Notes: generated by a model from the sequence alone, not told the origin. DNA of 64,000 nucleotides from an uncultured Thermoleophilaceae bacterium (GCA_963820315.1 CAWFZK010000046.1:6396-70395); one strand, 5' to 3'. Counted from the first letter of the stretch, positions 27,007 through 37,148 are shown. Program-made: numbers and translations.

Positions 27007-28470
27007 ATGAGCGAACTCCTGCTGGGAATCGACGAGGGGACGTCGGCGGTCAAGGCCGTGCTCTACGACGGAGACCTGCGCACGGTCGCCGAAGCCCGCC
27101 GCGAGAAGCCGCTCAGCCACCCGCGCTCGGGCTGGGTCGAGCAGGATCCGGAGGCCGTGATGGTGGCCGTGGTCGACGCCGTCGCCGAGCTGCTGCGCGA
27201 CGCCGACGGCGAGATCGTCGCCTGCGGGCTCGACCACCAGGGCGAGTCGGTGCTCGCCTGGGATGCGGAGAGCGGCGACCCGCTCACGCCGATCGTGACC
27301 TGGCAGGACAAGCGCTCGCAGGAGGTGCTCGACGCGCTCGAGGCCGACGGGCGCGCTGAGCGAGTGCGCGAGCGCAGCAGGCTGCCGCTCGACCCCTACT
27401 TCTCCGCCGGCAAGCTCGCCTGGCTGCTGCAGAACGACGAGCGCGTGTCCTCCGCGGTGGAGGCGGGCACCGCGCGGCTCGGCACCGTCGACGCCTGGCT
27501 GACCGACATGCTCGGCGCGGGCTACGCCACCGACCTGTCGACCGCGTCGCGGACACAGCTGGCGGTTCCCGGCGAGCCGGACTGGGACGCCGAGCTGCTC
27601 GAGGTGTTCGGAGTGCCGCACGCCGCGCTGCCGCCGCTCGTGGACAGCGCCGGCGAGCTCGGCGAGCTGCGCCACCCCGATTGGCCGCGCCCGCTGCCGC
27701 TGCGAGCGCGCGTCGTCGACCAGCAGGCGGCGCTGGCCGGCGCCGGCTGCGTCGAGCCGGGCCGCGTCAAGGCCACCTACGGCACCGGCGTCTTCGTGCT
27801 CGCCAACGTCGGCGAGGAGCTGCCCGACGCCGGCGCCGAGGGGCTTTTCCCGACGGTCGCGTGGCGGATCGACGGCACGGTCGAGTTCGCCCTCGACGGC
27901 GGCGTCTTCACGGCAGGCGAGCTGCTCAATTGGCTCTCGCGCGACCTCGGCCTGGCGGCCGACACACCCGCGCTGGCCGCGCTCGCCGCCGAGGTCGAGG
28001 ACAGCCACGGCGTCCGCGTCCTCCCCGCGCTCGCGGGGCTCGGCGCGCCCTGGTGGCGCCCGGACGCCCACGCCGTCGTGGCCGGGCTGTCAGCCGGCGC
28101 GCGGCCCGGGCACATCGCTCGGGCGGCCCTCGAGTCCATCGCCTGGCGCGTGGCGGACATCCTGGCCGTCGTCTCCGAGCACACGTCGCTGGACGTCCTG
28201 CGGGTCGACGGCGGCCTGACCCGCGACCCGCTGCTGCTGCAGCTTCAGGCGGACACGGGCGGCGTGCCGGTCCAGCCCGGCGCGGTCGACGCGACCGCCG
28301 CGGGATCGGCTGCGCTGGCTGCGGTCGGCGCGGGCGTCTGGGGCTCGACGGCCGAGATCGCCGAGCGGCTGCCCGTGGGCGAGCGGGTCGAGCCGAAGCG
28401 TGACGACGCCTGGCGCAAGCGCGAGCACGCCGAGTGGCGCAGCTTCGTGACTGCCGCCGCCTCCCTTTAG
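27007..28470 (+). CDS. FGGY-family carbohydrate kinase (glycerol-kinase-like)
   Basis: ATG at 27007 in ORF 26902-28470. LLGIDEGTSAVKAVLYD, GWVEQDP, TWQDKRS, ATYGTGVF and VDGGLTRD motifs. Confidence 0.85.
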   Translation: MSELLLGIDEGTSAVKAVLYDGDLRTVAEARREKPLSHPRSGWVEQDPEAVMVAVVDAVAELLRDADGEIVACGLDHQGESVLAWDAESGDPLTPIVTWQDKRSQEVLDALEADGRAERVRERSRLPLDPYFSAGKLAWLLQNDERVSSAVEAGTARLGTVDAWLTDMLGAGYATDLSTASRTQLAVPGEPDWDAELLEVFGVPHAALPPLVDSAGELGELRHPDWPRPLPLRARVVDQQAALAGAGCVEPGRVKATYGTGVFVLANVGEELPDAGAEGLFPTVAWRIDGTVEFALDGGVFTAGELLNWLSRDLGLAADTPALAALAAEVEDSHGVRVLPALAGLGAPWWRPDAHAVVAGLSAGARPGHIARAALESIAWRVADILAVVSEHTSLDVLRVDGGLTRDPLLLQLQADTGGVPVQPGAVDATAAGSAALAAVGAGVWGSTAEIAERLPVGERVEPKRDDAWRKREHAEWRSFVTAAASL

Positions 28471-28526
28471 CGGGGACGCCAGGCACGATAGGGTGACGGC
28501 CCCTTGAGGCGCGAGACGGTCCGTCG

Positions 28527-30311
28527 ATGAGCGATGAACAGTTCATCCTCGTCGCCGGGCTGCTGCTGACCGCCGGCCTGGCGGCCTCGCTGATGGCGGG
28601 GCGCCTGCGCCTGCCGGGCCTCGTGCTGTTCCTCGGCCTCGGGATGCTGATCGGCTCCGACGGCCTCGGCTGGCTCGACTTCAGCGACTACCACCTCGCC
28701 GAGACGATCGGCGTCATCGCCCTCGCGCTGATCCTCTTCGAGGGCGGCCTGACCGCCGGCTGGGACGACATCCGCCCTGTGCTGCGGCCCGCGCTCAGTC
28801 TCGCGCTCGTCGGAACGCTCCTCACGGCGGCGATCGGCGGGGTCGCCGCCATGGTGCTGCTCGACCTCTCGCTCACCGAGGGCCTGCTGCTCGGCTCGAT
28901 CATCGCCGCCACGGACGGCGCGGCGATCTTCGCGGTGCTGCGGAGCTCGTCGCTCGAGCGGCGCCTGTCGCGTGTCCTCGAGGGCGAATCCGGCTTCAAC
29001 GATCCCGTGGCCGTGCTGCTCGTACTCGGCTTCATCGAGTACCTCCAGCGGCCCGACTACGGCGTGGTCGACATGCTCTGGCTGTTCGTGCGCCAGCTCG
29101 GCATCGGCGCGATCGTGGGCCTTGGGATCGGCTGGCTCGCGGTGCAGGCCTTCCGGCGCGCCCGGCTCGACACGCCCGGCCTCTACCCGGTGGCCTCGCT
29201 GGCCGCGGCCGCCCTCGCATTCGGCGCCGCGGCCTCGATCGACGGCTCGGGCTTCCTGGCCGTCTACCTCGTCGGGCTCGCGCTCGGCAGCGCCAACATC
29301 CCCGCAAAGCAGACGATCACGACCTTCCACGTCGGCCTCGCATGGGTCGCCCAGCTCACGATGTTCCTGGCGCTCGGGCTGCTCATCTTCCCGAGCGACG
29401 TGCTCGACGTGATCGTCGAGGGGACCTTGCTCGCCCTCGTGGTGGCCTTCGTCGCGCGACCCATTGCCACGTTCGTGGCAACCGCCTTCGAGAAGTTCAC
29501 GCTGGCGGAGCGGGTAATCCTCGGGTGGGCGGGCCTGCGCGGTGCGGTCCCGATCGTGCTCGCCCTGTTTCCGGTGAATGCCGACATCACCGGCAGCGTC
29601 GACTTCCTCAACGAGGTCTTCTTCGCCGTGCTGCTGTCGACGCTCCTGCAGGGGAGCACGTTCGAGCCGCTGGCGCGCAGGCTCGGGCTTACGACGGACG
29701 TCCCCGCGCTGCCCAGCCCCATCGCCGAGACCGGCACGATCCGCCGGCTGGGCGCCGAGGTCGTCGAGTACCCCGTGCACGACGACGACGCGATCGTCGG
29801 GCTGCGCACCCGCGAGCTCGAGCTCCCGCGCGAAGCGCTCGTCAGCGTGATCGTGCGCGAGGGCGAGGCGCTCCTGCCGCGCGGCTCGACCCGCATCGCC
29901 GCCGGCGACCGGTTGCACGTGCTGGTCCGTCAGGAGGCCGCGCCGGAGGTCCGCGATCTGCTCGCTCGCTGGCGGCGCGGCCCGATCGGGCCGGAGGCGG
30001 CGCCGGTGCGGCCGCGGCTCGCGGGCTCCACGCCGGTATTCCACGTGCGCCCGTGGACCGACGACGACGGCGACGCGAGCCGGCCAAGCTCGATCGACGG
30101 CCTCGAGGTGATCGACCGCCTGCGTTCGCGGCGCGACGTCGCCGGCTGCCTCGTGCTGCTCGAGGACGGCCGCTATGCGGTCGTGGGCCCGGTGATGGCG
30201 CTCGGCTCCCGGCAGTCGCTGAACGACTGGGTGCGCCGCCGGATGCGATCGGGCGTGACGGAGAACGAGCGCGTATGGTGGGAGGAGGTGCTCGGAGCAA
30301 TCGCGCTCTAG
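28527..30311 (+). CDS. K+/H+ (CPA1, NhaP-type) antiporter with C-terminal TrkA-C-like domain
   Basis: 594 aa. LFEGGL, ATDGAAIFAVL and ESGFNDPVAVLL transporter motifs. Soluble C-terminal regulatory region. Confidence 0.9.
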   Translation: MSDEQFILVAGLLLTAGLAASLMAGRLRLPGLVLFLGLGMLIGSDGLGWLDFSDYHLAETIGVIALALILFEGGLTAGWDDIRPVLRPALSLALVGTLLTAAIGGVAAMVLLDLSLTEGLLLGSIIAATDGAAIFAVLRSSSLERRLSRVLEGESGFNDPVAVLLVLGFIEYLQRPDYGVVDMLWLFVRQLGIGAIVGLGIGWLAVQAFRRARLDTPGLYPVASLAAAALAFGAAASIDGSGFLAVYLVGLALGSANIPAKQTITTFHVGLAWVAQLTMFLALGLLIFPSDVLDVIVEGTLLALVVAFVARPIATFVATAFEKFTLAERVILGWAGLRGAVPIVLALFPVNADITGSVDFLNEVFFAVLLSTLLQGSTFEPLARRLGLTTDVPALPSPIAETGTIRRLGAEVVEYPVHDDDAIVGLRTRELELPREALVSVIVREGEALLPRGSTRIAAGDRLHVLVRQEAAPEVRDLLARWRRGPIGPEAAPVRPRLAGSTPVFHVRPWTDDDGDASRPSSIDGLEVIDRLRSRRDVAGCLVLLEDGRYAVVGPVMALGSRQSLNDWVRRRMRSGVTENERVWWEEVLGAIAL

Positions 30312-30320
30312 CCTGCGCCC

Positions 30321-31250
30321 ATGCACGAGGAGATCACCATCCCTGAGCTGACCGAGGTGGTGGCCCGGCTCGCCGCCCTCCTCGGCAAGCGCGAGGGTGC
30401 CGTCGTCCAGCTGGAGGGCGGGATCACCAACCGCAACTTCCGCGTCAACTTCGGCGGCACGGACTACGTCGTGCGCTTGCCCGGCAAGAAGACGAGCGCG
30501 CTCGGCATCGACCGCGAGGCCGAGCGCATGGCCACGAAGGCCGCGGCGAGACTCGGCATCGCGCCGAAGGTCGCCGCCATGACCGAGGACCCACCCTGCC
30601 TCGTCACCTGGTTCGTGCCCGGACACAGGGTGAGCGCCGAGGAGCTGCGTCAACCGGAGCTGCTCGACTCCGTGGCCGCCGACCTGCGCGCCTTCCACGA
30701 TTCCGGGACCGAGCTGCCAACGACCTTCGAAACGGTCGAGCTCGCGGAGAGCTACACGCGCATCGCGGCGGAGCACGGGATCGAGCCGCCGGCCTCCTAC
30801 GGGGACGCCCACCGCCGCGCCGTCGCGATCCGCAAGGCCGTCGCGCGCAGTCTCGACCACGCGCCGGTGCCCTGCCACAACGACCTGCTCACCGCGAACT
30901 TCATACTCGACGGCGAGCGCGTCCAGATGATCGACTGGGAGTACGCCGGCATGGGCGACCGCTGGTTCGACCTCGGCAACTTCGCCGTCAACAACGAGCT
31001 CACCGACGAGCACGAGCAGCGCCTGCTGACCACCTACTTCGGCGAGCCGCCGGACGCGCGCCGGCTCGCCACGCTCAAGCTGTTCCGCTTCATGTCGGAC
31101 CTGCGCGAGGCGATGTGGGGGGTCGTCCAGAGCGCCATCTCCGAGCTCGACTTCGACTTCACGGGCTACGCGACGAAGCACTTCGGGCGGCTCGAGGCGA
31201 TCGCCGCCGACCCGCGCTTCGACGGCTGGTTACGGGACGCCCGGCGTTGA
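30321..31250 (+). CDS. choline/ethanolamine kinase-like phosphotransferase (APH fold)
   Basis: 309 aa. GGITNRNFRV, the Brenner-type HNDLLTANF and the IDWEYAGMGD motif. Confidence 0.8.
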   Translation: MHEEITIPELTEVVARLAALLGKREGAVVQLEGGITNRNFRVNFGGTDYVVRLPGKKTSALGIDREAERMATKAAARLGIAPKVAAMTEDPPCLVTWFVPGHRVSAEELRQPELLDSVAADLRAFHDSGTELPTTFETVELAESYTRIAAEHGIEPPASYGDAHRRAVAIRKAVARSLDHAPVPCHNDLLTANFILDGERVQMIDWEYAGMGDRWFDLGNFAVNNELTDEHEQRLLTTYFGEPPDARRLATLKLFRFMSDLREAMWGVVQSAISELDFDFTGYATKHFGRLEAIAADPRFDGWLRDARR

Positions 31251-33697
31251 GCCCGCGCGGCGAGCTGCCGGGCGCGGCGCGCTGCGTCGTGATCGGCGGC
31301 GGGGTCGGCGGCGCGTCGATCGCCTACCACCTGACGAAGCTCGGCTGGGACGACGTCGTGCTCGTCGAGCGCAACCAGCTGACCTCGGGCTCGACGTTCC
31401 ACTCGGCCGGCTTGGTCGGACAGCTGCGCGGCTCCGTGTCGCTGACGCGCATGATGATGTACTCCGTCGAGCTCTACCGCGAGCTCGGCGAGGACTGCGG
31501 CTGGGTCGAGTGCGGGAGCATCCGGCTGGCCTCGAGCGAGGAGCGCATGGAGGAGCTGCGCCGCCAGGCGGGCTGGGCGAAGACGTTCGGCCTGCCGCTC
31601 GAGCTGATCTCCGCGGAACAGGCGCGCGAGCGCTTCCCGTTGATGTCGCTGGACGAAGTCCGCGGCGCCGCCTGGCTCCCGAGCGACGGCTACCTCGACC
31701 CGTCGCAGCTGACCTTCGCGCTTGCCGAGGGCGCCCGCGCGGGCGGAGCGGGCATCCACACGAGCACGCGCGTGACCGGCATCGAGACGCACGCCGGCCG
31801 CGTCCGAGGCGTACGGACCGAGCGCGGCGACATCGAGGCCGAGACCGTCGTGATCGCGGGCGGCATGTTCTCCGCCGAGCTCGGCCGGCTGGCGGGCGTG
31901 CGCATCCCGGTCGTCCCGATGTCGCACGAGTACATCGTCACCCAGCCCTTCCGCGACCGGGACCCGGCACGGCCGCTCCCGACGCTGCGCGATCCCGACC
32001 TGCTCGTCTACTTCCGCGAGGACGGCGGCGGGCTCGTGATGGGAGGCTACGAACGACAGTCGAGCCCGGCCTTCCTCGACGGCGCGTCCGGCTTCGAACG
32101 GATCCCGCCCGACTTCAACGGGCGGCTGCTCGAGGACGACTGGGACCGCTTCGAGGAGATCGTCACGGGCGCGCGCCGGCGCGTGCCGCAGATGGAGGAC
32201 GTGCGCGTGACGCGGATGATCAACGGGCCGGAGGCGTTCACGCCCGACAACGAGTTCTGCCTCGGCGAGACCGAGGTGCGCGGCCTGTTCGTGGCCGCCG
32301 GGTTCTGCGCACACGGGCTCGCGGGAGCCGGCGGGGTCGGCAAGGTGACGGCCGAGTGGATCGACGCCGGCGAGCCCTCGCTCGACCTCTGGAGCATGGA
32401 CGTGCGCCGCTTCGGACCGCACTACCGCTCCCCCACGCACACGCTTGCGCGCGTGCGCGAGACCTACGAGACCTACTACGACATCCGCTACCCGGGCCAT
32501 GAGCGCCAGTCGGGGCGGCCGCTGCGGCTGGCGCCCGCCTACGCCTGGCACAGCGAGCACGGCGCGGCCTTCGGCGAGAAGTCGGGCTGGGAGCGGGTCA
32601 ACTGGTACGAGCGCAACGCCGCCGCGGGCGACGAGTCGCTCCAGCCGCGCGGCTGGGCGGGCCGCCACTGGTCGCCCGCGATCGGGGCGGAGCACCGGGC
32701 CTGCCGTGAGGCGGTGGCGCTGTTCGACGAGAGCTCCTTCGCGAAGCTCGAGATCGCCGGTCCGGGAGCCGCCGCCTTGCTCGAGGAGCTCTGCGCGAAC
32801 GAGGTGGCGCGCGGCGTCGGCCGGATCACCTACACCCAGATGCTGAACCGCCGCGGCGGCATCGAGGCCGACCTGACCGTCTCGCGGCTCGCGGAGGACC
32901 GCTTCGGGATCGTCACGGGCACGGCCTTCGGCAGCCACGACCGCGAATGGGTGCGGCGCCGGCTGCCGGACGACGGCTCGGTGCAGGTGCACGACGTGAC
33001 CTCGCAATGGGCCTGCTTCGGGATCTGGGGGCCGCGCGCCCGCGACCTGCTGCAGCCGCTCACGCCTCAGTCGCTGGCGAGCGAGGACTTCCCCTACATG
33101 AGCCTGCGCGAGACCACGGTCGCGGGTGCGCCGGTGCGCGCGCTGCGGGTGACCTACGTCGGCGAGCTCGGCTGGGAGCTGTACACGCCGAGCGAGTACG
33201 GGCTCGGCCTCTGGCAGGCGCTCTGGGAGGCGGGCGCTCCGCACGACATCGTCGCGGGCGGCTACAGGGCGATCGACTCGCTCAGGCTCGAGAAGGGCTA
33301 CCGCGTCTGGGGCGCCGACATCACGCCCGACGTGACGCCGTACGAGGGCGGAGTCGGCTTCGCGGTCAAGCCGGACAAGCAGGCCGACTTCATCGGGCGC
33401 GCGGCGCTCGCCGCGGCGGGCGAGCCGCGCAGCCGGCTCTGCTGCCTGACGCTCGACGACCCGCTGTCGGTCGCGCTCGGGAACGAGCCGGTGCGCGTCG
33501 GCGGAGAGATCGCCGGCCGGGTGACGAGCGGCGGCTACGGCTACACGGTCGAGCGCTCGATCGCGTATGCGCACCTGCCCCCCGACCGCTCGGCGCCCGG
33601 GACGGAGGTCGAGGTCGAGATCTTCGGGCGCTGGGTCGGAGGGCAGGTGGCGAGCGAGCCGCTCTTCGATCCGGAGGGGGAGCGCGTCCGCGCCTAG
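31247..33697 (+). CDS. FAD-dependent dimethylglycine/sarcosine dehydrogenase-like oxidoreductase with GcvT-type folate-binding domain
   Basis: TTG at 31247 (TTGA overlap with the kinase stop), in frame in ORF 31115-33697. VVIGGGVGGASIAYHL dinucleotide fold. C-terminal aminomethyltransferase-like region (YTQMLNRRGGIEADLTV, GELGWELY). Confidence 0.9.
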   Translation: MSPRGELPGAARCVVIGGGVGGASIAYHLTKLGWDDVVLVERNQLTSGSTFHSAGLVGQLRGSVSLTRMMMYSVELYRELGEDCGWVECGSIRLASSEERMEELRRQAGWAKTFGLPLELISAEQARERFPLMSLDEVRGAAWLPSDGYLDPSQLTFALAEGARAGGAGIHTSTRVTGIETHAGRVRGVRTERGDIEAETVVIAGGMFSAELGRLAGVRIPVVPMSHEYIVTQPFRDRDPARPLPTLRDPDLLVYFREDGGGLVMGGYERQSSPAFLDGASGFERIPPDFNGRLLEDDWDRFEEIVTGARRRVPQMEDVRVTRMINGPEAFTPDNEFCLGETEVRGLFVAAGFCAHGLAGAGGVGKVTAEWIDAGEPSLDLWSMDVRRFGPHYRSPTHTLARVRETYETYYDIRYPGHERQSGRPLRLAPAYAWHSEHGAAFGEKSGWERVNWYERNAAAGDESLQPRGWAGRHWSPAIGAEHRACREAVALFDESSFAKLEIAGPGAAALLEELCANEVARGVGRITYTQMLNRRGGIEADLTVSRLAEDRFGIVTGTAFGSHDREWVRRRLPDDGSVQVHDVTSQWACFGIWGPRARDLLQPLTPQSLASEDFPYMSLRETTVAGAPVRALRVTYVGELGWELYTPSEYGLGLWQALWEAGAPHDIVAGGYRAIDSLRLEKGYRVWGADITPDVTPYEGGVGFAVKPDKQADFIGRAALAAAGEPRSRLCCLTLDDPLSVALGNEPVRVGGEIAGRVTSGGYGYTVERSIAYAHLPPDRSAPGTEVEVEIFGRWVGGQVASEPLFDPEGERVRA

Positions 33698-35067
33698 CCG
33701 CCGGGACGAATGTTCTGGTTGAGCGCGAAGACGTTCTGCGGGTCCCAGCGCTCCTTGACGGCCACGAGCCGCTCGAACGTGCGCGGCCCGTAGAAGCGCC
33801 GCACGCGATCGCCGGCGTCGTCGGACTCGTAGTTGGGGTGGGCGGCTCCGTGTCCGTAGGGTGCGAGCGCGGCCGCGAACGACTCCGTCCAGGCCCGGTT
33901 GAGCGCGGTGTCGGCCGGGTCGGGCCAGGCGGACAGCGCGTGGCAGGCCCAGCGGGCGTCGCGGTGAGAGAGCGCGGTCGCGTCCTCGTCGACGCGCGCG
34001 TAGGCGCCGCCCAGCGGCTGGAGCAGCACGGCGGTCAGCGGCGAGGGGACCTCCGCGGCCACCGCCAGCGCCGACTGGATCGCCGCGTCCGGCAGGTCGT
34101 CGAGGAAGGACGCCCTCCAGTGGTTCTGCATGCCGGGCTGGTTGGCGTCGTCCTGCATCGACTGGAGCGCCACGTAGGGCAGCGGGCCCACCATGTCGAC
34201 CGCCGGGCCGAGCGCGCGCAGCGGCGCGATCAGGCGCTCGGCCGCGTCGGGCTCGCCGAACGCCGCCACGACGATCGTGACGACGGGACTGCCGGCGAGC
34301 TCGGCGGGGACGAACGGCGCGGGCGGCGCGAGCTGGAGGACGGCGCAGCCACCGAACTCGTCTGGGGCGGAGCGCATCAGCTCGCGATAGGCGGCCAGGA
34401 CTTCGGCGCCGCGCTCGTGCTCGAACATCAGCGGGCCGCCGAAGATCATCGGCCCGACGGGATGCAGGGCGAGCTCGAACTCGGTGACCACGCCGAAGTT
34501 GCCGCCGCCGCCGCGCAGGCCCCAGAACAGGTCCGGGTGCTCGTGCTCGCTCGCGCGGACGATGCCGCCGTCGGCGGTCACGACGGTGGCGGACACCAGG
34601 TTGTCGGCGGTCAGGCCGTGCATGCGCTCGAGCCAGCCGGAGCCCGAGCCGAGCGTCAGCCCGGCCACGCCGGTGTGCGAGACGCGCCCGCCGGTCACCG
34701 CGAGCCCGTGCGCCTGGGTCGCGGCGTCCAGCTGCGCCCAGGTCAGGCCGGCACCGGCGCGCACGGTGCGGGCGGCCAGATCAACCTCGATGCGCTGCAT
34801 TGGCCGGACGTCGATGACGAGGCCGTCGTCGACGACGCCGTAACCGGCGCCGGAATGGCCGCCGGCGCGTACCGCGATCGGCAGGCCGCGATCCCGGCCG
34901 TACGCGATGGCCGCCGCGACGTCGCGGGCGTCGGTCGCCTGGGCGATCAGCGCCGGGTGACGGTCGATGGCGCCGTTGTATACGGCGCGTGCGTCGTCGT
35001 AGCGCTCGTGGCCGGGCGTGAGGACGGCGCCCGCGAAGTTCTCGATGTGGCTGGTTGCAATCGACAT
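33694..35067 (-). CDS. FAD-binding (PCMH/BBE-type) oxidoreductase
   Basis: ATG at 35067 in ORF 33694-35094. VRAGGHSGAGY, GLTLGSGSGW, LFWGLRGGGGNFGVVT and a C-terminal BBE-like NVFALNQNI. Confidence 0.85.
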   Translation of the reverse strand: MSIATSHIENFAGAVLTPGHERYDDARAVYNGAIDRHPALIAQATDARDVAAAIAYGRDRGLPIAVRAGGHSGAGYGVVDDGLVIDVRPMQRIEVDLAARTVRAGAGLTWAQLDAATQAHGLAVTGGRVSHTGVAGLTLGSGSGWLERMHGLTADNLVSATVVTADGGIVRASEHEHPDLFWGLRGGGGNFGVVTEFELALHPVGPMIFGGPLMFEHERGAEVLAAYRELMRSAPDEFGGCAVLQLAPPAPFVPAELAGSPVVTIVVAAFGEPDAAERLIAPLRALGPAVDMVGPLPYVALQSMQDDANQPGMQNHWRASFLDDLPDAAIQSALAVAAEVPSPLTAVLLQPLGGAYARVDEDATALSHRDARWACHALSAWPDPADTALNRAWTESFAAALAPYGHGAAHPNYESDDAGDRVRRFYGPRTFERLVAVKERWDPQNVFALNQNIRPGG

Positions 35068-35089
35068 GCCGCCAGCGTGCCTCGGCGCT

Positions 35090-35135
35090 GTCATCTATGC
35101 AACAGAAGTTATCGCAACTATTATCGTGTTTGTCG
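35090..35135. promoter_or_regulatory. AT-rich divergent promoter/LysR-operator region
   Basis: atctatgcaacagaagttatcgcaactattatcgtgtttgtcg stands out in a ~70% GC context. TTATCG is repeated twice. Lies between starts 35067(-) and 35136(+). Confidence 0.3.
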
Positions 35136-36056
35136 ATGCACGATCTCCGCCGCCTGCGCGCCTTCCATGCCGTGGCGGAGCGCGGCTCCTTCTCGGAGGC
35201 TGCGCTCGCGCTCGGCTATGCCCAGTCGGTCGTCTCGCACCATGTGGCCGCGCTCGAGCAGGAGTTCGGGCTCACGCTCATCGACCGCGCCACGCGCCCG
35301 GTCCGGCCGACCGAGGCGGGCGAGCGGCTGCGCGAGCATGCGGCGGTCGTGCTCGGGCAGGTGGCGACGGCCGAGGAGGAGCTGCGCGCGTTCGCGGGAC
35401 TGCTCAGCGGGACCGTCAGGGTGGGCGCCTTCCTGACCGCCTGCACCTCCTTCGTGCCGCCTGCGCTGGCTCGCTTCGAGGCCGCCCATCCGGACGTGAA
35501 GATCGAGCTCGAGCAGCTCGCGCCGGCGGAGGCGCTGCGACGGCTGCGCTCTGGAGAGATCGACGTCGCCGTCACCTGGGAGGTGTTCGGCGAAAGCGGA
35601 GCCGGGGACGAGGGCTTCGAGCGCCTGTTCCTCGGCGATGACCCGTACCGGCTCGTGCTCCCGGCGGGACACCGCCTCGCGCGGCGGCGGCAGCTGCGCA
35701 TGGCCGACCTCGCGGGCGAGCGCTTCAACGGCCCCGCGGTCGACCCTGGCGACCGCTACCGCGAAGTGCTCGACAGCGTCTTCGGCGAGGCGGGCTTCAG
35801 ACCCGACATCGCCTACCTCGTGGACGACGTCACCGTTGGCAGGGCGTTCGTGGCCGCGGGGATGAGCGTGGCGGTGATGCCCGAGCTGGCCGTCCCGGAG
35901 CCGCGTCCCGACGTCGTGCTGCGGCCGATCCCCGGTCTCGACCCGGCGCGCTCCGTCCACGCCGTCTGGCTGCGCGGCCGGCGCGTGCCGGCGATCCCGG
36001 CGATGACGAGAGAGCTCGCGCGGGCCGCGGAGTCGCGGCTCGAGCCAGCCGCCTGA
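35136..36056 (+). CDS. LysR family transcriptional regulator
   Basis: ATG at 35136 in ORF 35055-36056. MHDLRRLRAFHAVAERGSFSEAALALGYAQSVVSHHVAALE HTH plus a LysR substrate-binding domain. Confidence 0.9.
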   Translation: MHDLRRLRAFHAVAERGSFSEAALALGYAQSVVSHHVAALEQEFGLTLIDRATRPVRPTEAGERLREHAAVVLGQVATAEEELRAFAGLLSGTVRVGAFLTACTSFVPPALARFEAAHPDVKIELEQLAPAEALRRLRSGEIDVAVTWEVFGESGAGDEGFERLFLGDDPYRLVLPAGHRLARRRQLRMADLAGERFNGPAVDPGDRYREVLDSVFGEAGFRPDIAYLVDDVTVGRAFVAAGMSVAVMPELAVPEPRPDVVLRPIPGLDPARSVHAVWLRGRRVPAIPAMTRELARAAESRLEPAA

Positions 36057-36057
36057 G

Positions 36058-36792
36058 CTACTCCCGCATCAGGCCGGCGAGGATGTGCTCGGTCCCCTCC
36101 ATGTGCTCGCGCATGAGGCGCACCGCTCGCCCGGTGTCGCCCTTGCGCAGCAGCGCGATCAGGCGCTGGTGCTGGTTGTTCGAGCTCGTCAGCACCTCGT
36201 CGGGATGGGCGATGCGGGCGATCAGGTCGCTCATCTGCCCCTGCACCTCGGTCATCGCGGTCACGAGCCGGGGCGAATGCGACGCCTCGGCGAGACCGAT
36301 GTGGAAGCGCACGTCGGCCCGCCGGTATTCGCCGAAGGGCCCGGTGGTCTCGGCCATGCGCTCGGTCAGCTCCTCGAGGTTCGCGAGGTCGTCCTCCGTC
36401 GCGCGCTCGGCCGCCAGCACGGTCGCGCCCGTCTCCACCGCAACGCGGTAGTCGAGCACCGCGCGGGTCTCCTCGCCCAGGACGACGCCCTCGCGCTTCT
36501 GCCCCAGCGGCGGCGCCTCGGCGACGAAGGTGCCGCCGGCGCGGCCGCGCTGCGAGACGAGGTGACCGCTCTGCACGAGCGTCGTCAGCGCCTGCCGCAA
36601 GGTCGAGCGGGAGATGCTGAGCTGGTCAGCCAGCTCGCGCTCGGCCGGCAGCCGAGTGCCCGGGGCCAGCACCCCGAGGCGGATGGCAGTCCCGAGCCGC
36701 TCCACCGTCTCCTCGAAGGTGGTGGGTGGCTGGACTGGCTTGAAGACCGCCTCGAGCGCCGACCCGCGCTCCACGGGCCTCGCGGAATGCAC
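36058..36792 (-). CDS. GntR family (FadR/FCD subfamily) transcriptional regulator
   Basis: 244 aa. LPAERELADQLSISRSTLRQALTTLVQSGHL wHTH plus an all-helical FCD-like C-domain. Confidence 0.9.
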   Translation of the reverse strand: MHSARPVERGSALEAVFKPVQPPTTFEETVERLGTAIRLGVLAPGTRLPAERELADQLSISRSTLRQALTTLVQSGHLVSQRGRAGGTFVAEAPPLGQKREGVVLGEETRAVLDYRVAVETGATVLAAERATEDDLANLEELTERMAETTGPFGEYRRADVRFHIGLAEASHSPRLVTAMTEVQGQMSDLIARIAHPDEVLTSSNNQHQRLIALLRKGDTGRAVRLMREHMEGTEHILAGLMRE

Positions 36793-36855
36793 GCATCAAA
36801 AGGTACATGGAGCACCCCATTGACGGGGAGGGTTGCGCCGGTAGATTGCCCCGCG

Positions 36856-37107
36856 GTGGAGAACCGACAGGAACGCGTCGTGGTAGAGACAGATCGGTAT
36901 CGCGTGGAGGGGATGATGACCCTTCCGCGCGAGGGCTATCGCAGCCGCGTGTCCGATCACGTGAACCGGCGCGACCAGGAGTTCTTCACCATCCTGGACG
37001 CCGAGCTCGTGGCGCTGGACGGCTCGGGCCGCGAGTGGACAGCGCCCGTGCTGATGCTGGCGCGTCGCCACATCCGGCTGATCGTGCCGGTCTCGGAGGG
37101 GGCCTAG
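36856..37107 (+). CDS. small hypothetical protein (83 aa)
   Basis: GTG at 36856, in frame in ORF 36085-37107. High GC3. VVVETDRYRVEGMMTLP...FFTILDAELVALDG. No family recognised. Confidence 0.45.
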   Translation: MENRQERVVVETDRYRVEGMMTLPREGYRSRVSDHVNRRDQEFFTILDAELVALDGSGREWTAPVLMLARRHIRLIVPVSEGA

Positions 37108-37148
37108 TCCTGCTTTCCGTCCGGGAGCCCGCCCAGCATCTCCGGACC

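Noticed and set aside
28471-28526. Riboswitch (for example c-di-AMP/ydaO-type) upstream of the K+/H+ antiporter
   Set aside because: The leader is only 56 nt and has no recognisable conserved riboswitch core, only a trivial GACGG/CCGTC palindrome.
28467-31181. 904-aa minus-strand ORF
   Set aside because: It is antisense to the K+/H+ antiporter and the choline-kinase-like genes, which both have clear family motifs. It is low-complexity, Arg/Glu/Gly-rich.
31166-35436. ORFs 31166-33574(-) 802 aa and 32947-35436(+) 829 aa
   Set aside because: They are shadows of the dimethylglycine-dehydrogenase-like and FAD-oxidase genes, and they cross real gene boundaries.
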